A stretch of DNA of 63,738 bases, filler included, from Thraustochytrium aureum (Eukaryota): assembly GCA_012862495.1 (NCBI GenBank). It is 6 parts of 6 records of this genome, joined end to end, with 100 filler letters (N's around TTAATTAATTAA, not from the genome) between each part and the next. Parts side by side here need not be neighbours in the genome. Positions count along the whole stretch, not along the records: positions 1 to 8,858 come from BLSG01000042.1; positions 8,959 to 25,141 come from BLSG01000044.1; 4 more parts are not named here. The stretch is one strand, 5' to 3'. Below are positions 1 to 10,021 of the stretch, piece after piece. Under the pieces are notes generated by a model. The model searched no databases. It was not told the origin of the DNA and saw nothing but the letters and a program-made list of their open reading frames with translations. How positions within the stretch are numbered: position 1 is the first letter of the stretch; the number at the start of each line of letters is the position of its first letter. Both the position numbers and the translations under genes were made by a program.

Positions 1-9
1 CACAGTGCA
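1..9 (+). repeat. Left terminal inverted repeat CACAGTGCA
   Basis: Exact reverse complement of 8847-8855; CAC...GTG termini are typical of CMC-superfamily elements. Confidence 0.78.
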
Positions 10-644
10 AGAAAAGGGGGGTATAGGGGGGCAGTTAGGCCCACCTAGAAAAACATCTTGGCGCACGGGAAATCAGTTGGGGATTTGGGCAAAATCTCCT
101 GGGGAACGACTTCGGAGCGGCTTTTCGCGCTTGCGAAAAGAAGTATAGCGGGGCCCGAAAGCCGTTTCGGCGCCGGAGCTGATTTGTTGGGGAATGCATT
201 TGGTGGGAGCTAAGCGCGGATTTGGGAGGACCCAAAACATCCCTGGGGATCGCGAGATCGCAGCTGGGGAGCTGGCTGGGGCGGCAGCGTTCGTTGACGA
301 AGCTGGGGCGGGCGAAAAGATAGTTCGGGAGCCCGAGAAACTTGGGAAGGGTTCCGCAGGTCAGGCGTCAAAGGGAGTTACGACAAGGTCGTCTCCGTGG
401 CGGCCTGTTGCGCGGCGTGGCGCGCCTTCTCTGTGCGCCACGGCCCCAATCCGAACCCAATTGGGTGTCGACAAGCGGCACTTGAGGACGGCAGCAGCGT
501 TCCTCGAGGTGCTGGTGCACGGAGCTCAACTTTTTCTGCCATGAGGGCTTGCCGCTTGCTTCAGACCCCAGCGTCTTCAGGCGTGCAAAATCTACCTACC
601 GCACAAGTTCTGGATGATGCAAAACGCAGATGGTATTTGGGTAG

Positions 645-3600
645 TTATGCACCACGCTTGCTCCTTTTTGCACTTCTGCCCTGACCAGCGCTGTCAGCTG
701 TTCTGTAGGACAGCTGCACAGGTTCGGCAGACAAGCCCGTGATGCCAGGCAGGACCTGGCCAGGGAGAACGAAAATCTTGGCTGACTGGAGCTCCACCCT
801 GCAAGCGAAGTGGTTGAAGTGCAGCCAGGCAAACTGCCTGGACCCGATGGGAATCCGATCGCGCACGACGCGCGCCATGGCCCAATCTCCGTTAAACTTG
901 ACCTGGATGTCCTGCACTAGCTCGCGCATTAGCGGAGGCATGAAATCCACCTCGGATGCCGAGCGCCATGGGACCTTCCGCCATTCGTTGTTATGCGTGT
1001 CGAAGATAGCAATGCTCATCTCTCGCACCCCAACGCGCCGGTTGTAAAACCCGAACTGGGCCTGGAGGACGTTGGCGCTTACAGGGACTCCCATCCAGTT
1101 GAGGGCCTTGGCTTCGTTAAGCGCAGTTGCAGACACGAGTTGATGGAATCCCGTTTCCTTCGAGTACCCGCATACTTTCAAGCACTGGAACTCTTGCCTG
1201 ATGCGGACGAACAAAACTCTGCCCAGCATGTTGGAGCGCCAAGACTCGCGCAACAGTGTTGAGCTCGAGAGCGGATACACGTCCCACTCCACCTGGTGAG
1301 GTGAGTCTCCATCCAGTGTTTCCGGGGCCGCTTGGAGCGAGAACGCCGCCGACGCTCGTGGAAAGGCCACAAGGTGAACGGCGCTACCCGCGTCTGGCAG
1401 CTTGTACGTGTAGAGTGGACGGAGTTCGCGCGCGTCCAGGAGCAGTGCCTCGCACGCGCCGAGCCTTACATGAACAAAGCAGTCCAGCGCTTCGAGCACC
1501 GTCGTTCCACCGCGGACGAACGCACGATTACGCACCGGCGCTTGAGGAATGCAAACGCAGGCTACATGCTCGTGCAGGGTACCGCTAGGTTGCCTGATCT
1601 GGACCGCCGCAACCATGAGGTACAGATTGCCGCGCACATCCCAGACAAGCGACGGCTGCCGGGCGTTGTACTCCCTTGTTTCCAGACCGCCCTGGCCTCT
1701 TCTACAGAGACCTCGAAGCGTGTGCGATGAGACGCCAGCACGTTTCACCTCCTTCAGGTGGGCCGCCGACGCAATGACGACCGAACAGTCTGTTGCTACA
1801 CCACTGAACAGGCGAGTCCAGTCCTCACCTCGCACCGCGGCGTCAGTTCGCTTTTCACCGATGACGTCGTGTGCGGTCCACCGCAGCAGGGCGTTGACCT
1901 CCTGTCGTGCGTCGCGGACACTAACTTCCATCACTCCGCCTGCAGCCTTCGCTTGGACCTTGGCTTGCAGCTCGCGCGGAGGCGTGGGCAGAGCTTCGGT
2001 GCAGCGCAAGACCATCGCATCACGCTCAATGGCGAGGTTCAAGATGTGCTTGCCCACGCCGCTCGCGTCTTTGTTGTTAAGTTGCCGTGACGGTCTCTTG
2101 CAATGCTCCAAATGCGCTTTCTCGAAAGCGCTGGTGTCCGTGGCGATGCCAGGGCCGCTCCTCTGCAGCGCCGCAAAAATGTGCCGCGTGCCGTGCTCTT
2201 TTATGGTTCGCACAGGTCCGGGGTTGCTGCCATTGGCGCTGCCCCGGGCAGCCTTGACAGCGCCAAATATTCCGACATAGAAGCGATCGAAAATGTCGTA
2301 CTCCATGAGCGCCGCGTCCACCGATGTAGGTGTTGGCTGCCGGAGCCGAGCGTAGTAGTGCAGCTTGAGCACCGACTGAGCGAGAAGCAGAACCGCCTCA
2401 AAGCCCTCGATAACCTGCAGCACTGGGTGGGGCTCGTCCACGATGATTTCCCTGTACCACAGCGCCACAAAGCAGCGCAAGTACTCGCTCCACCATTTCG
2501 CTTCAACGCGCGTGAGCAAGTTGCGCGATGGCAACAGCCTTGCTAGGGCAGCGCACACGTTCTCTTGCGGCTTGGTGAGCGCTTTTCGCTTCATGCGCTT
2601 ACCCAGCGCGTGCATCGTAGCAGGGATGCTGCCGGAAGAGCTGCCAGCAACGTGGAAGGCAAGCGTAAAGACGTCTTTCACGATGCCCGAGTCGATGGTG
2701 TGCATCATGTCGAAACCGAAGAGCTCGTAGGGGTTGCGCAAACGAAAGTCAAGCGAAGTCTGCAGTACGGCGTTGAGCTCCCCAGCCTCGCAATGCATTT
2801 TCCACTTGCTTGTAAAGTACTTGCCGTGCGCAGCACGGTTTGGGCCTGGTGCCGTCGCCGTTGACCACGCCTCCTTCAAGGTCCTGAGTGACTTTAGCGG
2901 GCAGCCGAGCGCGAGGTTGCCGGCCTCGCCTTCGTCTTCGACCGCCCGGCTCCCGCCTTCGCGGAGACGGGCAGTGCAGAATCTGCAGTTATAGCCAACG
3001 CAGCCGGCCTGCGTGTTTGCGTCCTTATTGTCCGCGATGCAAGCGCTGAGGTTCACGAGGTACCTTCGCCGCGTGCCGTCCCCCGCGGTCATGCAGAGTC
3101 CGCCTTCCAGTACCGCGACACGCTGCGCAACAGCGATGGCTTCAAAGACGCAAAGGAGAGCGGCTTGCTTTTCCCAACGAGCAAAGCGGCGCGGGAGGTC
3201 CGACGAGCTTGTCTTCTTTTCCAGCTTGGTGGTCACAAAGTAGCCAATAACGCTGTGCGACCGGTCCTGCTGCCTTGCCAAGGCGCCAGTGTTACCCACT
3301 TGCATCAGGATTGGGCACATCGTCCGCCCGCTAAAGCTCACCACGGTGTCGTCCTGGAAGACGATGAGTGAAAGCAGCTCGGCGTCGCTGATGGCGCGCT
3401 CATTCGCCTCAAGGATTTGGACCCGGTTTTGCACGTTGTTGCATTCCGCTGCCGTCTCCGCCACGTGCCTCGCAGAGGCGACTGCTGCTGCCTTCTCAGC
3501 TGCAAGCTGAGCGAGCGCGCGATCGCCGCTGGTCAGGTCGTCAAAAACGCGTACGCCGCCGTGGCCGACGAATTCCTCCACCCGCGGCAGAGCGCCGAAG

Positions 3601-4820
3601 TCCTTGCAAAGCTCCGGCCGCGACAGAAGAGCGTGCGCAACAGCGAGCACGTCCCGCAGGACGAAGGACTTGTGGGAGCCGATGTTTGGATCCCCAGCGT
3701 TGCGAAACTCTTCTGGGACCTCGACTCGAAACTCAGTCGTGAAGCCTGTATAGTCACAGGTGTCTTGTCGAAGGTGCTTTCGAAGAGTCCGTGACAGGGA
3801 TAGGTTCTGGCGGCGGTACTCCCTCGCCTTTGCAGCTGGGTCGAAGATGTTGTGCAGCTTGGCAAATTTGCGCAAGACCGACTCTGTCGTGCGGGATACG
3901 GCATCATACGTCTCAAAGGACCCGCCAGGCGTGATGATGTCCTCGTAGAACTGCAGTTGTGGCTCGGAAACGTGACGCTCGAGCCGGCTCTGGGCGGCTC
4001 GGCGCATTTCGTCAAGCGTGCACTCGCCGTTCTGCACCCACCGCCGCCGCATGACACACTCGTAGCCCGCGATGTCTAAGCCCGCGCCGCGGTTCAATCC
4101 TGCTGTGGCAGTGGAGGCCTCGTTGAGGAAAACGACTGGTGATGCCACATGACCGTCGTTCGAGTCTCCGGAACCAAAGAGGTCGGCCTCGGAGCAAGCA
4201 GCGCCGGCTGGGCAATCCTCCTCGCTCCCAACCACCTCAAGGCTGGTGTCGCTATCCGCCTCTTCCGCGTGAAAGTCGATCGCCGACTCGCTCGAGCTGT
4301 CGGACAACTCTTCGCCAGCCCCGTCGCACTCCCCAACATACTCGAGCTCGTCCGTCTCCCCTTGTCTGGCGCCATCTCCTTGCGGCACGTTTTGGGGTCG
4401 CGCTTGCAGAGGCGAATCACCGAGCATGGCGCTTGGGCAGCTCGTAGGTGCACCAGGGAGCGCGCCAAAATCTGGGGCCGGCTTGTCGCTCCTTAACGGA
4501 ACGCCATGCTCGGCGCGGAATTGAAACCGCCTCTGCGAGAGCCAACGCGAAGTCGGGCTCGCAATCGTCTCGAACGCGGCGGCACCACGAGTTGAATCAT
4601 GGCCGACATCGAAGTGCCGGAAAAGCCGCGCGTAACCACCTGCGTCCGCTGAAAACGACGCCCGACAACTTTCCACAGGACAGCGAACGTAAAGCCCACC
4701 GCACCTCCTGATGCTCTTCTTCACGCAACCGAGTTGTGGGTGCGGGTGAGAGCGCCGTTGCTTGGCGCCGCAGAAGAAACAACCCCAGGGGTCGCACCAC
4801 ACGTCCACTTGGAGCGACAT
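645..4820 (-). CDS. Plavaka-like transposase (N-terminal C2H2 zinc finger, RNase H-fold core, long C-terminal extension)
   Basis: 1391-aa uninterrupted ORF. Motifs: CPVESC...RHFDVGH (C2H2), VFDDLTSGD, LIVFQDDTVV...CPILMQVGN, VIGYF, IADNKD...CRFC, FDMMHTIDSG (DxxH), IKEHGTRH, TDTSAFEKAHLEHCKRPSRQLN (ExxH...K). This order matches Plavaka transposases. Confidence 0.82.
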   Translation of the reverse strand: MSLQVDVWCDPWGCFFCGAKQRRSHPHPQLGCVKKSIRRCGGLYVRCPVESCRASFSADAGGYARLFRHFDVGHDSTRGAAAFETIASPTSRWLSQRRFQFRAEHGVPLRSDKPAPDFGALPGAPTSCPSAMLGDSPLQARPQNVPQGDGARQGETDELEYVGECDGAGEELSDSSSESAIDFHAEEADSDTSLEVVGSEEDCPAGAACSEADLFGSGDSNDGHVASPVVFLNEASTATAGLNRGAGLDIAGYECVMRRRWVQNGECTLDEMRRAAQSRLERHVSEPQLQFYEDIITPGGSFETYDAVSRTTESVLRKFAKLHNIFDPAAKAREYRRQNLSLSRTLRKHLRQDTCDYTGFTTEFRVEVPEEFRNAGDPNIGSHKSFVLRDVLAVAHALLSRPELCKDFGALPRVEEFVGHGGVRVFDDLTSGDRALAQLAAEKAAAVASARHVAETAAECNNVQNRVQILEANERAISDAELLSLIVFQDDTVVSFSGRTMCPILMQVGNTGALARQQDRSHSVIGYFVTTKLEKKTSSSDLPRRFARWEKQAALLCVFEAIAVAQRVAVLEGGLCMTAGDGTRRRYLVNLSACIADNKDANTQAGCVGYNCRFCTARLREGGSRAVEDEGEAGNLALGCPLKSLRTLKEAWSTATAPGPNRAAHGKYFTSKWKMHCEAGELNAVLQTSLDFRLRNPYELFGFDMMHTIDSGIVKDVFTLAFHVAGSSSGSIPATMHALGKRMKRKALTKPQENVCAALARLLPSRNLLTRVEAKWWSEYLRCFVALWYREIIVDEPHPVLQVIEGFEAVLLLAQSVLKLHYYARLRQPTPTSVDAALMEYDIFDRFYVGIFGAVKAARGSANGSNPGPVRTIKEHGTRHIFAALQRSGPGIATDTSAFEKAHLEHCKRPSRQLNNKDASGVGKHILNLAIERDAMVLRCTEALPTPPRELQAKVQAKAAGGVMEVSVRDARQEVNALLRWTAHDVIGEKRTDAAVRGEDWTRLFSGVATDCSVVIASAAHLKEVKRAGVSSHTLRGLCRRGQGGLETREYNARQPSLVWDVRGNLYLMVAAVQIRQPSGTLHEHVACVCIPQAPVRNRAFVRGGTTVLEALDCFVHVRLGACEALLLDARELRPLYTYKLPDAGSAVHLVAFPRASAAFSLQAAPETLDGDSPHQVEWDVYPLSSSTLLRESWRSNMLGRVLFVRIRQEFQCLKVCGYSKETGFHQLVSATALNEAKALNWMGVPVSANVLQAQFGFYNRRVGVREMSIAIFDTHNNEWRKVPWRSASEVDFMPPLMRELVQDIQVKFNGDWAMARVVRDRIPIGSRQFAWLHFNHFACRVELQSAKIFVLPGQVLPGITGLSAEPVQLSYRTADSAGQGRSAKRSKRGA

Positions 4821-6140
4821 GTGTCGCCCTTGTCGGCGCTTTCTTCGTCGGAAGCCAGAGGGTCGTCACGGTTGCGCTCGCTTGGATTGCAATTTGCAGG
4901 CCGAGTTCTCTTCCACCATGCGCTTGTCGCGTCGTGCGCTTCCGCGCTGCGCTGTGCTGAGCAGGATGCGGGATGCGCTGAGGTGCGTAACGTTGCCAGT
5001 GTGCCGTGGCGAGCCGAGCGAGCTGTGCCGCGGCGCCGTGCGCTATGCGCGGTTCTGAACACTCCAGCTTGAGGGAGAGTTCGTCTGTCACCCGGAAAGT
5101 CAAGAGGAAAGTTCGAGGAAGACGAATGTCNNNNNNNNNNNNNNNNNNNNNNNNNNNNNNNNNNNNNNNNNNNNNNNNNNNNNNNNNNNNNNNNNNNNNN
5201 NNNNNNNNNNNNNNNNNNNNNNNNNNNNNNNNNNNNNNNNNNNNNNNNNNNNNNNNNNNNNACAGAGGACGCACCTTTCGAAAATGGTGGGGTAGGTAGT
5301 AAATAGTTTAGGCATTATAAAAATAGTACCGAAAATTAAATTAATTGTCCGATTAAGCGAAAATGTGATTGTATTGTTTTAGATACCCATGGGATTGTGA
5401 TTGAGGTGAGGGCGCCCTGGGGTGAGGGCTAGGCAATTGTATTTCACGGGGATTTCAGGATTAATAATCTTACCTATAAGTCTGAGAAGATCAGCCGAGT
5501 ATAAGGAAACCTGTTGTTGGCTGCTCCTGCTGGTGCTGCTGCTGTTGGTAGTGTTCGCAAGGTTTAAAACTCAAATTTGAGCGGCAAAAGGCAATTTAAG
5601 AAAAGATCACGGCACCTTCCTAAACAAAATATCTACTAGATATCTGTGAAGAATGTGCGCGGTTTGGCCCCTTTGCCCCTTTCAGTCCACCGCGCAACCC
5701 TTTCCAGACCGACCCAATTGAATAGTGACGCCCCTATGTTCAAGGTGAGCGGCAGGATCTGTGCAGAATCTGCCGACCCTGGAGCAGCAGAGCCGCAACC
5801 AACCCAAGCAGAAGCGAGAAGAGGAGGGGGCAAGAGCGCCGTCGTGATCTCGCGGCGGCGGGAACAGCCAAAATCATGGCGCTCCGCCGCCACACTGACA
5901 GGCTGCCAGCGCAGACTCGACTCAGAGGTGCAGCGCCGCCGGCGGTTCCAGAGAGCGAAATGCCGGAGCGCGGTCGTGAAGGTCCGGCAGCGAGAACACG
6001 CAACTTGAAGGCCAGCTTGGCCACCGTGACCGCGCATTGCTGGAAGGAGTCCAAGCCTGGCCATCCTTTCTACTAGTAGTCGTGGGCACCTGACTGTAAG
6101 TGCAAGCTCTTCACGGCAAACCCCAATCAGCTCGGCAGTG

Positions 6141-6277
6141 CCAGCGCGGAACCAGGCTAGCAGTACCAGCGCGGAACCAGGCTGACCAGCGCAGCCCCAA
6201 GCGGGGCAAGCCTGAGCGGCGCAAGCAACCCGGAAGCAGCAGCGCGGGCGCAACCAGCTCCAGCGCGGAACCAGGCT
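6141..6277 (+). repeat. Three copies of the 18-mer CCAGCGCGGAACCAGGCT inside the transposon
   Basis: Copies at 6141-6158, 6166-6183 and 6260-6277. A separate 15-bp tandem (CGTGACGTGGGGCAC) lies at about 6412-6447. Confidence 0.8.
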
Positions 6278-6458
6278 GCAAGTAGCACCAGCAGGCAGAG
6301 CGCGTCACGAGGAGCATCAGGCAGCGACTGGCAAGTTGGCAGTTGGACCAGATAAGTTTAGTTGCCTACTCACCAAACGTCGTGCTCTGGCCGACCGGTC
6401 GTGACGAGGAGCGTGACGTGGGGCACCGTGACGTGGGGCACCGTGACGGGCAAAATTC

Positions 6459-8418
6459 TTGGCAGCGTATTGGCAGGGCTGGCCACTGCGGGAAGCCCGA
6501 GTGAGCGCGCTCAAGTTGACAGACGCGAGCCTCGAAGACCGCGAGCGCGCAGGAGGCATCTGGACGCACGGACGAGCCGAGAGACAAAGGCGCCGTCAAG
6601 CACAGAATAGCAATCTCGAACGAATGCTCCTCGAACCTACTTCGAGTTTCTCGAGCACGCCCCGCAGCACATCGAGCGATGCGGATCTAAGTGCGAGCCC
6701 AGCTTTCTATGTGCTTATTGGCTGGTTGCAGATGCTCGTGGCTCGGGGCGGCGAAACAGGCGTCGAAGGACCCGTTTCTGGCAAGGTGCGCAGTCCCTAC
6801 TCCAAGGCGCTTGAGAGCTTTTTGTGGCTCATCAACTTTCAGAACGCCTTTCGCCGCAAAGCCTATGCCACCTGCCAATCCAATGACGCCAACGGAGTGG
6901 AGGCAACCGGCAAAGCGGATGCGCAACCCACGCCGCGGACGTTTGCCGATCAAGTCGGGATCCCCATTGCCACCGAGATCCTGATAAACTTCGGCGGCCT
7001 TAGCGCGGCGACGGCAGCCGCGCTTTCGTACAAGTGCGAGGATCAGTTGACGCAGTCCGGCAACGCCACCCCCGAACCTGAAGATATTCAAAGTATCGAG
7101 CAATCAATGCATACCGAGGGGGTCAAAATTGCTCGCGAGTGCATCATCAAGACATGCTGGTTCTTGTCTTGTGGTCTGGTGGCGCTTCGGGAGGTCATCA
7201 ATAACTTCAAGTACGAGCACGACCGGAAGGTGAAGGAGCGCTTGGCTAAGGCTGTCAAAGGAAAGACCTTGCACGCGCTCCTCCGAGCTGTTGTTGCCGG
7301 TCGTAGCGACAGCAACGTGCCCGACGACGAAGATGTTCTGCACCGTTTTATGGGCTTTCACGTGGATCCCACAAGCCATCCTGCGGGACAAGAGTCTCAA
7401 TCTGGGAGTGCGAGACATGGGCGATGCAAACGCAACGAGGAGCTGATCAACAAGTTCCCATGCAAGCACGCGGAGAGCCTTGAGGGCAACAGGTGCTTGC
7501 TGCACATTGCTTTCGGAAAGCGGGAGAACCCGACAACGGGAGAGTCGATCGAGGTGACCACCAGGGAACAGGAGAGCAGATTTCGCGACGACGAGTCCCA
7601 GGCCACTTCAGAGTCGGAGGACGATGATCACCTAGCTGCGGCTGTGTCTGGGAAGCGGAAGGCGTCGTCCATGAGCTCGCAGTCTACGACGGTGAAAGCT
7701 CTTCGGCTGGAGTTGCCCTCGACGCCGCCCTGCTCGGCGGAGAGCCCAGGCGGGCAAGAGCCGATCTCAATCGATTCTGGTAAGTCTGTTCACGGCCCAC
7801 GCGATTTGCCCCAGATGTCTCCTCAAACTGACGCATCCGGGCTCCAGCTGAGGAGCGCGACCGAGCCATCGCTGCCTACTATGGACTCATCGCGTACGCC
7901 GCGGGGGCCGACAACACCGGCTTCCTGTTGCCTCACATGGGCCAGAGCCACGCCACCATAAAGAACCTCGAGGACACTTTCCCGCCCCGCTACCAGGCAA
8001 GTCTGCTTGCGCAAGCCGCCTCTGTGCTTGCCGAGCACTCTTTCACCCAAGGCCAGAGCTCGCGAGTTGCATCTGATGCAATGGCCTGGATAAGTGATTT
8101 GAAGCTTTTCCCTGGCCGTGCTGAAGGCGCGAGCACCCTGGTCGACGTGGTGCAAGCTCTCGACACCCTCTCGGTGAGTTGCTCAGGCTCTGGCCCCGCT
8201 CAAGTTTGCCAGCGTAGCCGCTCCGGATTGCCTCCCAACTGGACATCAACAAAACTACCGGCGCCGTGGCCATGGACTTCATCTACAGCTTGAACCGCTG
8301 AGCGCACCTAGGCTCGCGTGACCGCCCAAAGCCGGACCATGCCCAAGTTGGAAGCGTGCACGACCGCACGCTGCGTGCCCGAGCAGCGCGTGCAGGCGCT
8401 CGAGCGCCATAGCTAGAT
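6459..8418 (+). CDS. Second transposon ORF, unknown function (accessory/TnpA-like candidate); 3' part frameshifted
   Basis: 500-aa ORF 6459-7961 with protein-like helical composition, continuing in overlapping frames 7928-8293 and about 8339-8418. It lies inside the TIRs, divergent from the transposase across an AT-rich spacer (about 5290-5640). Start is uncertain (first ATG about 6624). Confidence 0.55.
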
Positions 8419-8620
8419 AGATAGAGGACAGCAGTCCACTACAAGAAAAAGAATTTAGCACAACAAGATCTCGAGTTCCGCTGGCCAGCAGTCCATTTCG
8501 GCCGCCCCAACCTCGAAGCTTTGGGGGCGCCCAGCTGACTGTTTTGGCCACCGACCTCCGTCCGCGAAGCCGCTTCTTCGGAAACCCCAAACGAAATCCA
8601 CGGAACCCATGGATAAAGTC

Positions 8621-8786
8621 TGGGTGCTGTACCCAAATTTTGTGGGGCGAGTTGGGCCCCAAATCCACAAGGATCATCTCGGAGTCCTAAACGGCGACCC
8701 CAGAAGACCGTTTGGGTGCTGTACCCAATTTATTTCGAAAAATTCAGGCCCGCTATCCAGAAGCAAGTTTGGGTGCTGTACCCAAA
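8621..8786 (+). repeat. Subterminal quasi-palindromic repeat TGGGTGCTGTACCCAA x3
   Basis: Copies at 8621, 8713 and 8770, each with TGGGT...ACCCA inverted arms, within 250 bp of the right TIR. Confidence 0.85.
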
Positions 8787-8846
8787 TTGCGAGGGAAACT
8801 GGCCTGGGCCAGCCCAGCTGTTTTCCCGATTTTCCGAAAAAGCCTG

Positions 8847-8855
8847 TGCACTGTG
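8847..8855 (-). repeat. Right terminal inverted repeat TGCACTGTG
   Basis: Reverse complement of 1-9; followed by only 3 nt (ACG) before the linker. Confidence 0.78.
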
Positions 8856-8858
8856 ACG

Positions 8859-8958
8859 NNNNNNNNNNNNNNNNNNNNNNNNNNNNNNNNNNNNNNNNNN
8901 NNTTAATTAATTAANNNNNNNNNNNNNNNNNNNNNNNNNNNNNNNNNNNNNNNNNNNN
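8859..8958. other. Artificial contig-joining linker N44-TTAATTAATTAA-N44
   Basis: Six-frame stop linker at 8903-8914 inside a 100-nt spacer. Confidence 0.97.
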
Positions 8959-9180
8959 GCCGAGCAGCACCGCGTCCGTCGCCTCGACAGTCTCCACGGC
9001 CTCGACATACGCCGCAGCGGCGGCCTCGCACGCGCGTCGAGGCCCCAGCGCGTCCAGCGCGGCCGACACCGCGTCCGGCCATACCTTAGCGAATTCCTCC
9101 ACGTCGCGCGCCGCCACCTCGGCCGCCGTCGCTGGCGACGGCGTCGCGGGCGCCGTCCTTGGCGCCATCCCGGACGTCAT
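8959..9180 (-). CDS. 5' fragment of a hypothetical protein, truncated by the contig end
   Basis: ATG at 9180 (MTSGMAPRT...EEFAKVWPDAV), GC3-rich codons, runs into the linker. Confidence 0.45.
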
Positions 9181-9395
9181 CGCGGCCCGCAGCGAGGGCC
9201 GCTCGGAACAAGTGATGCTTCGTCCGCTCGACCTGCCTGCCTGCCTGCCTGCCTACACGCGCGCCGCCATCCTTCCCTGCGGCGCGCTCTCCGGCGCCGC
9301 GCTCGCCGCCTGCCTGCCTTCGGGCTCTGCTGCTCGCTCGCCTGCTGTTCTTGCTGTTCTTGCTGTTCTTGCTTGGCGGCTTCCTGCCTTCCCTG

Positions 9396-9700
9396 TTTAA
9401 CGGAAACGGACGCGATTGACGGTAGAGAGAAGCGCCCTTCACGGAAAGAGACGTTGAGTACGGATAGACTCGATATTTATGGGAAGAGACGGAGAGTGCG
9501 GGGAGGAACGGGCTTTACGGGAAGAGACCGAGTTAGGGGAAACAAACGTGGGTAACGGATCAATGCGTTCTTTGCGGTAATAGACCTAGAGTACGGATAA
9601 AAATGCTGTTTGTAAACTAATGTTCGGAAAGAGGCGCTTTAAACGGTAAAACCCGTTATTCAAGCATAAAAACGCTCTTTACGGTAAGGCTCGCTCTCGC
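9396..9700 (+). repeat. Degenerate ~19-bp tandem array (approximate consensus TTTACGGAAAGAGACGCNN)
   Basis: ACGG-type cores recur at about 19-nt intervals (9400, 9419, 9441, 9460, 9479, 9498, 9517, 9555, 9574, 9593, 9624, 9643, 9681). Confidence 0.7.
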
Positions 9701-10021
9701 ATCCGTTATACACGGATACAATCGCTCTCACCGCGAAACAGCAATTTCCCATTTCAAACGTCAGTTTCCATGTTATACGGCTCCACGTCTTCCGTCCCCC
9801 ACGGAAGATACCGCTTCCGACGCTTGTTTCCGCCGTTCTCGGAACGCGGCGCAAGCAGCCAAGCAGATCAGTTCAGAACAGAACTTCGAGCAGAACAGGA
9901 TAGACGTGCGGGCGGCCGTCTGACGAGAAGAGCAAGCAGCTGACGGACGCACGAGCCGCGGCGCCAGCGCCGCTTGGGTCGGTCGAAAGGCCGTGCGCAG
10001 GCGCTTGCGCAGGCACGGAGG

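Larger units (their letters stand above)
1..8855. mobile_element. Full-length DNA transposon encoding a Plavaka-type (CMC/EnSpm-related) transposase
   Basis: Terminal inverted repeat CACAGTGCA (1-9) / TGCACTGTG (8847-8855); TTGGG- and CCCAA-rich subterminal regions at the two ends; internal transposase ORF plus a second divergent ORF; the element fills the whole contig. Confidence 0.82.

Noticed and set aside
8903..8914. Recurrent TTAATTAATTAA palindrome (5 copies in the window)
   Set aside because: Always centred in a 100-nt N spacer, so it is an artificial six-frame-stop linker. Cross-linker gene neighbourhoods and ORFs spanning linkers were ignored.
9396..9700. 19-bp periodic region as a CRISPR array
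   Set aside because: No identical repeats alternating with unique spacers, no cas genes, and a eukaryotic context.
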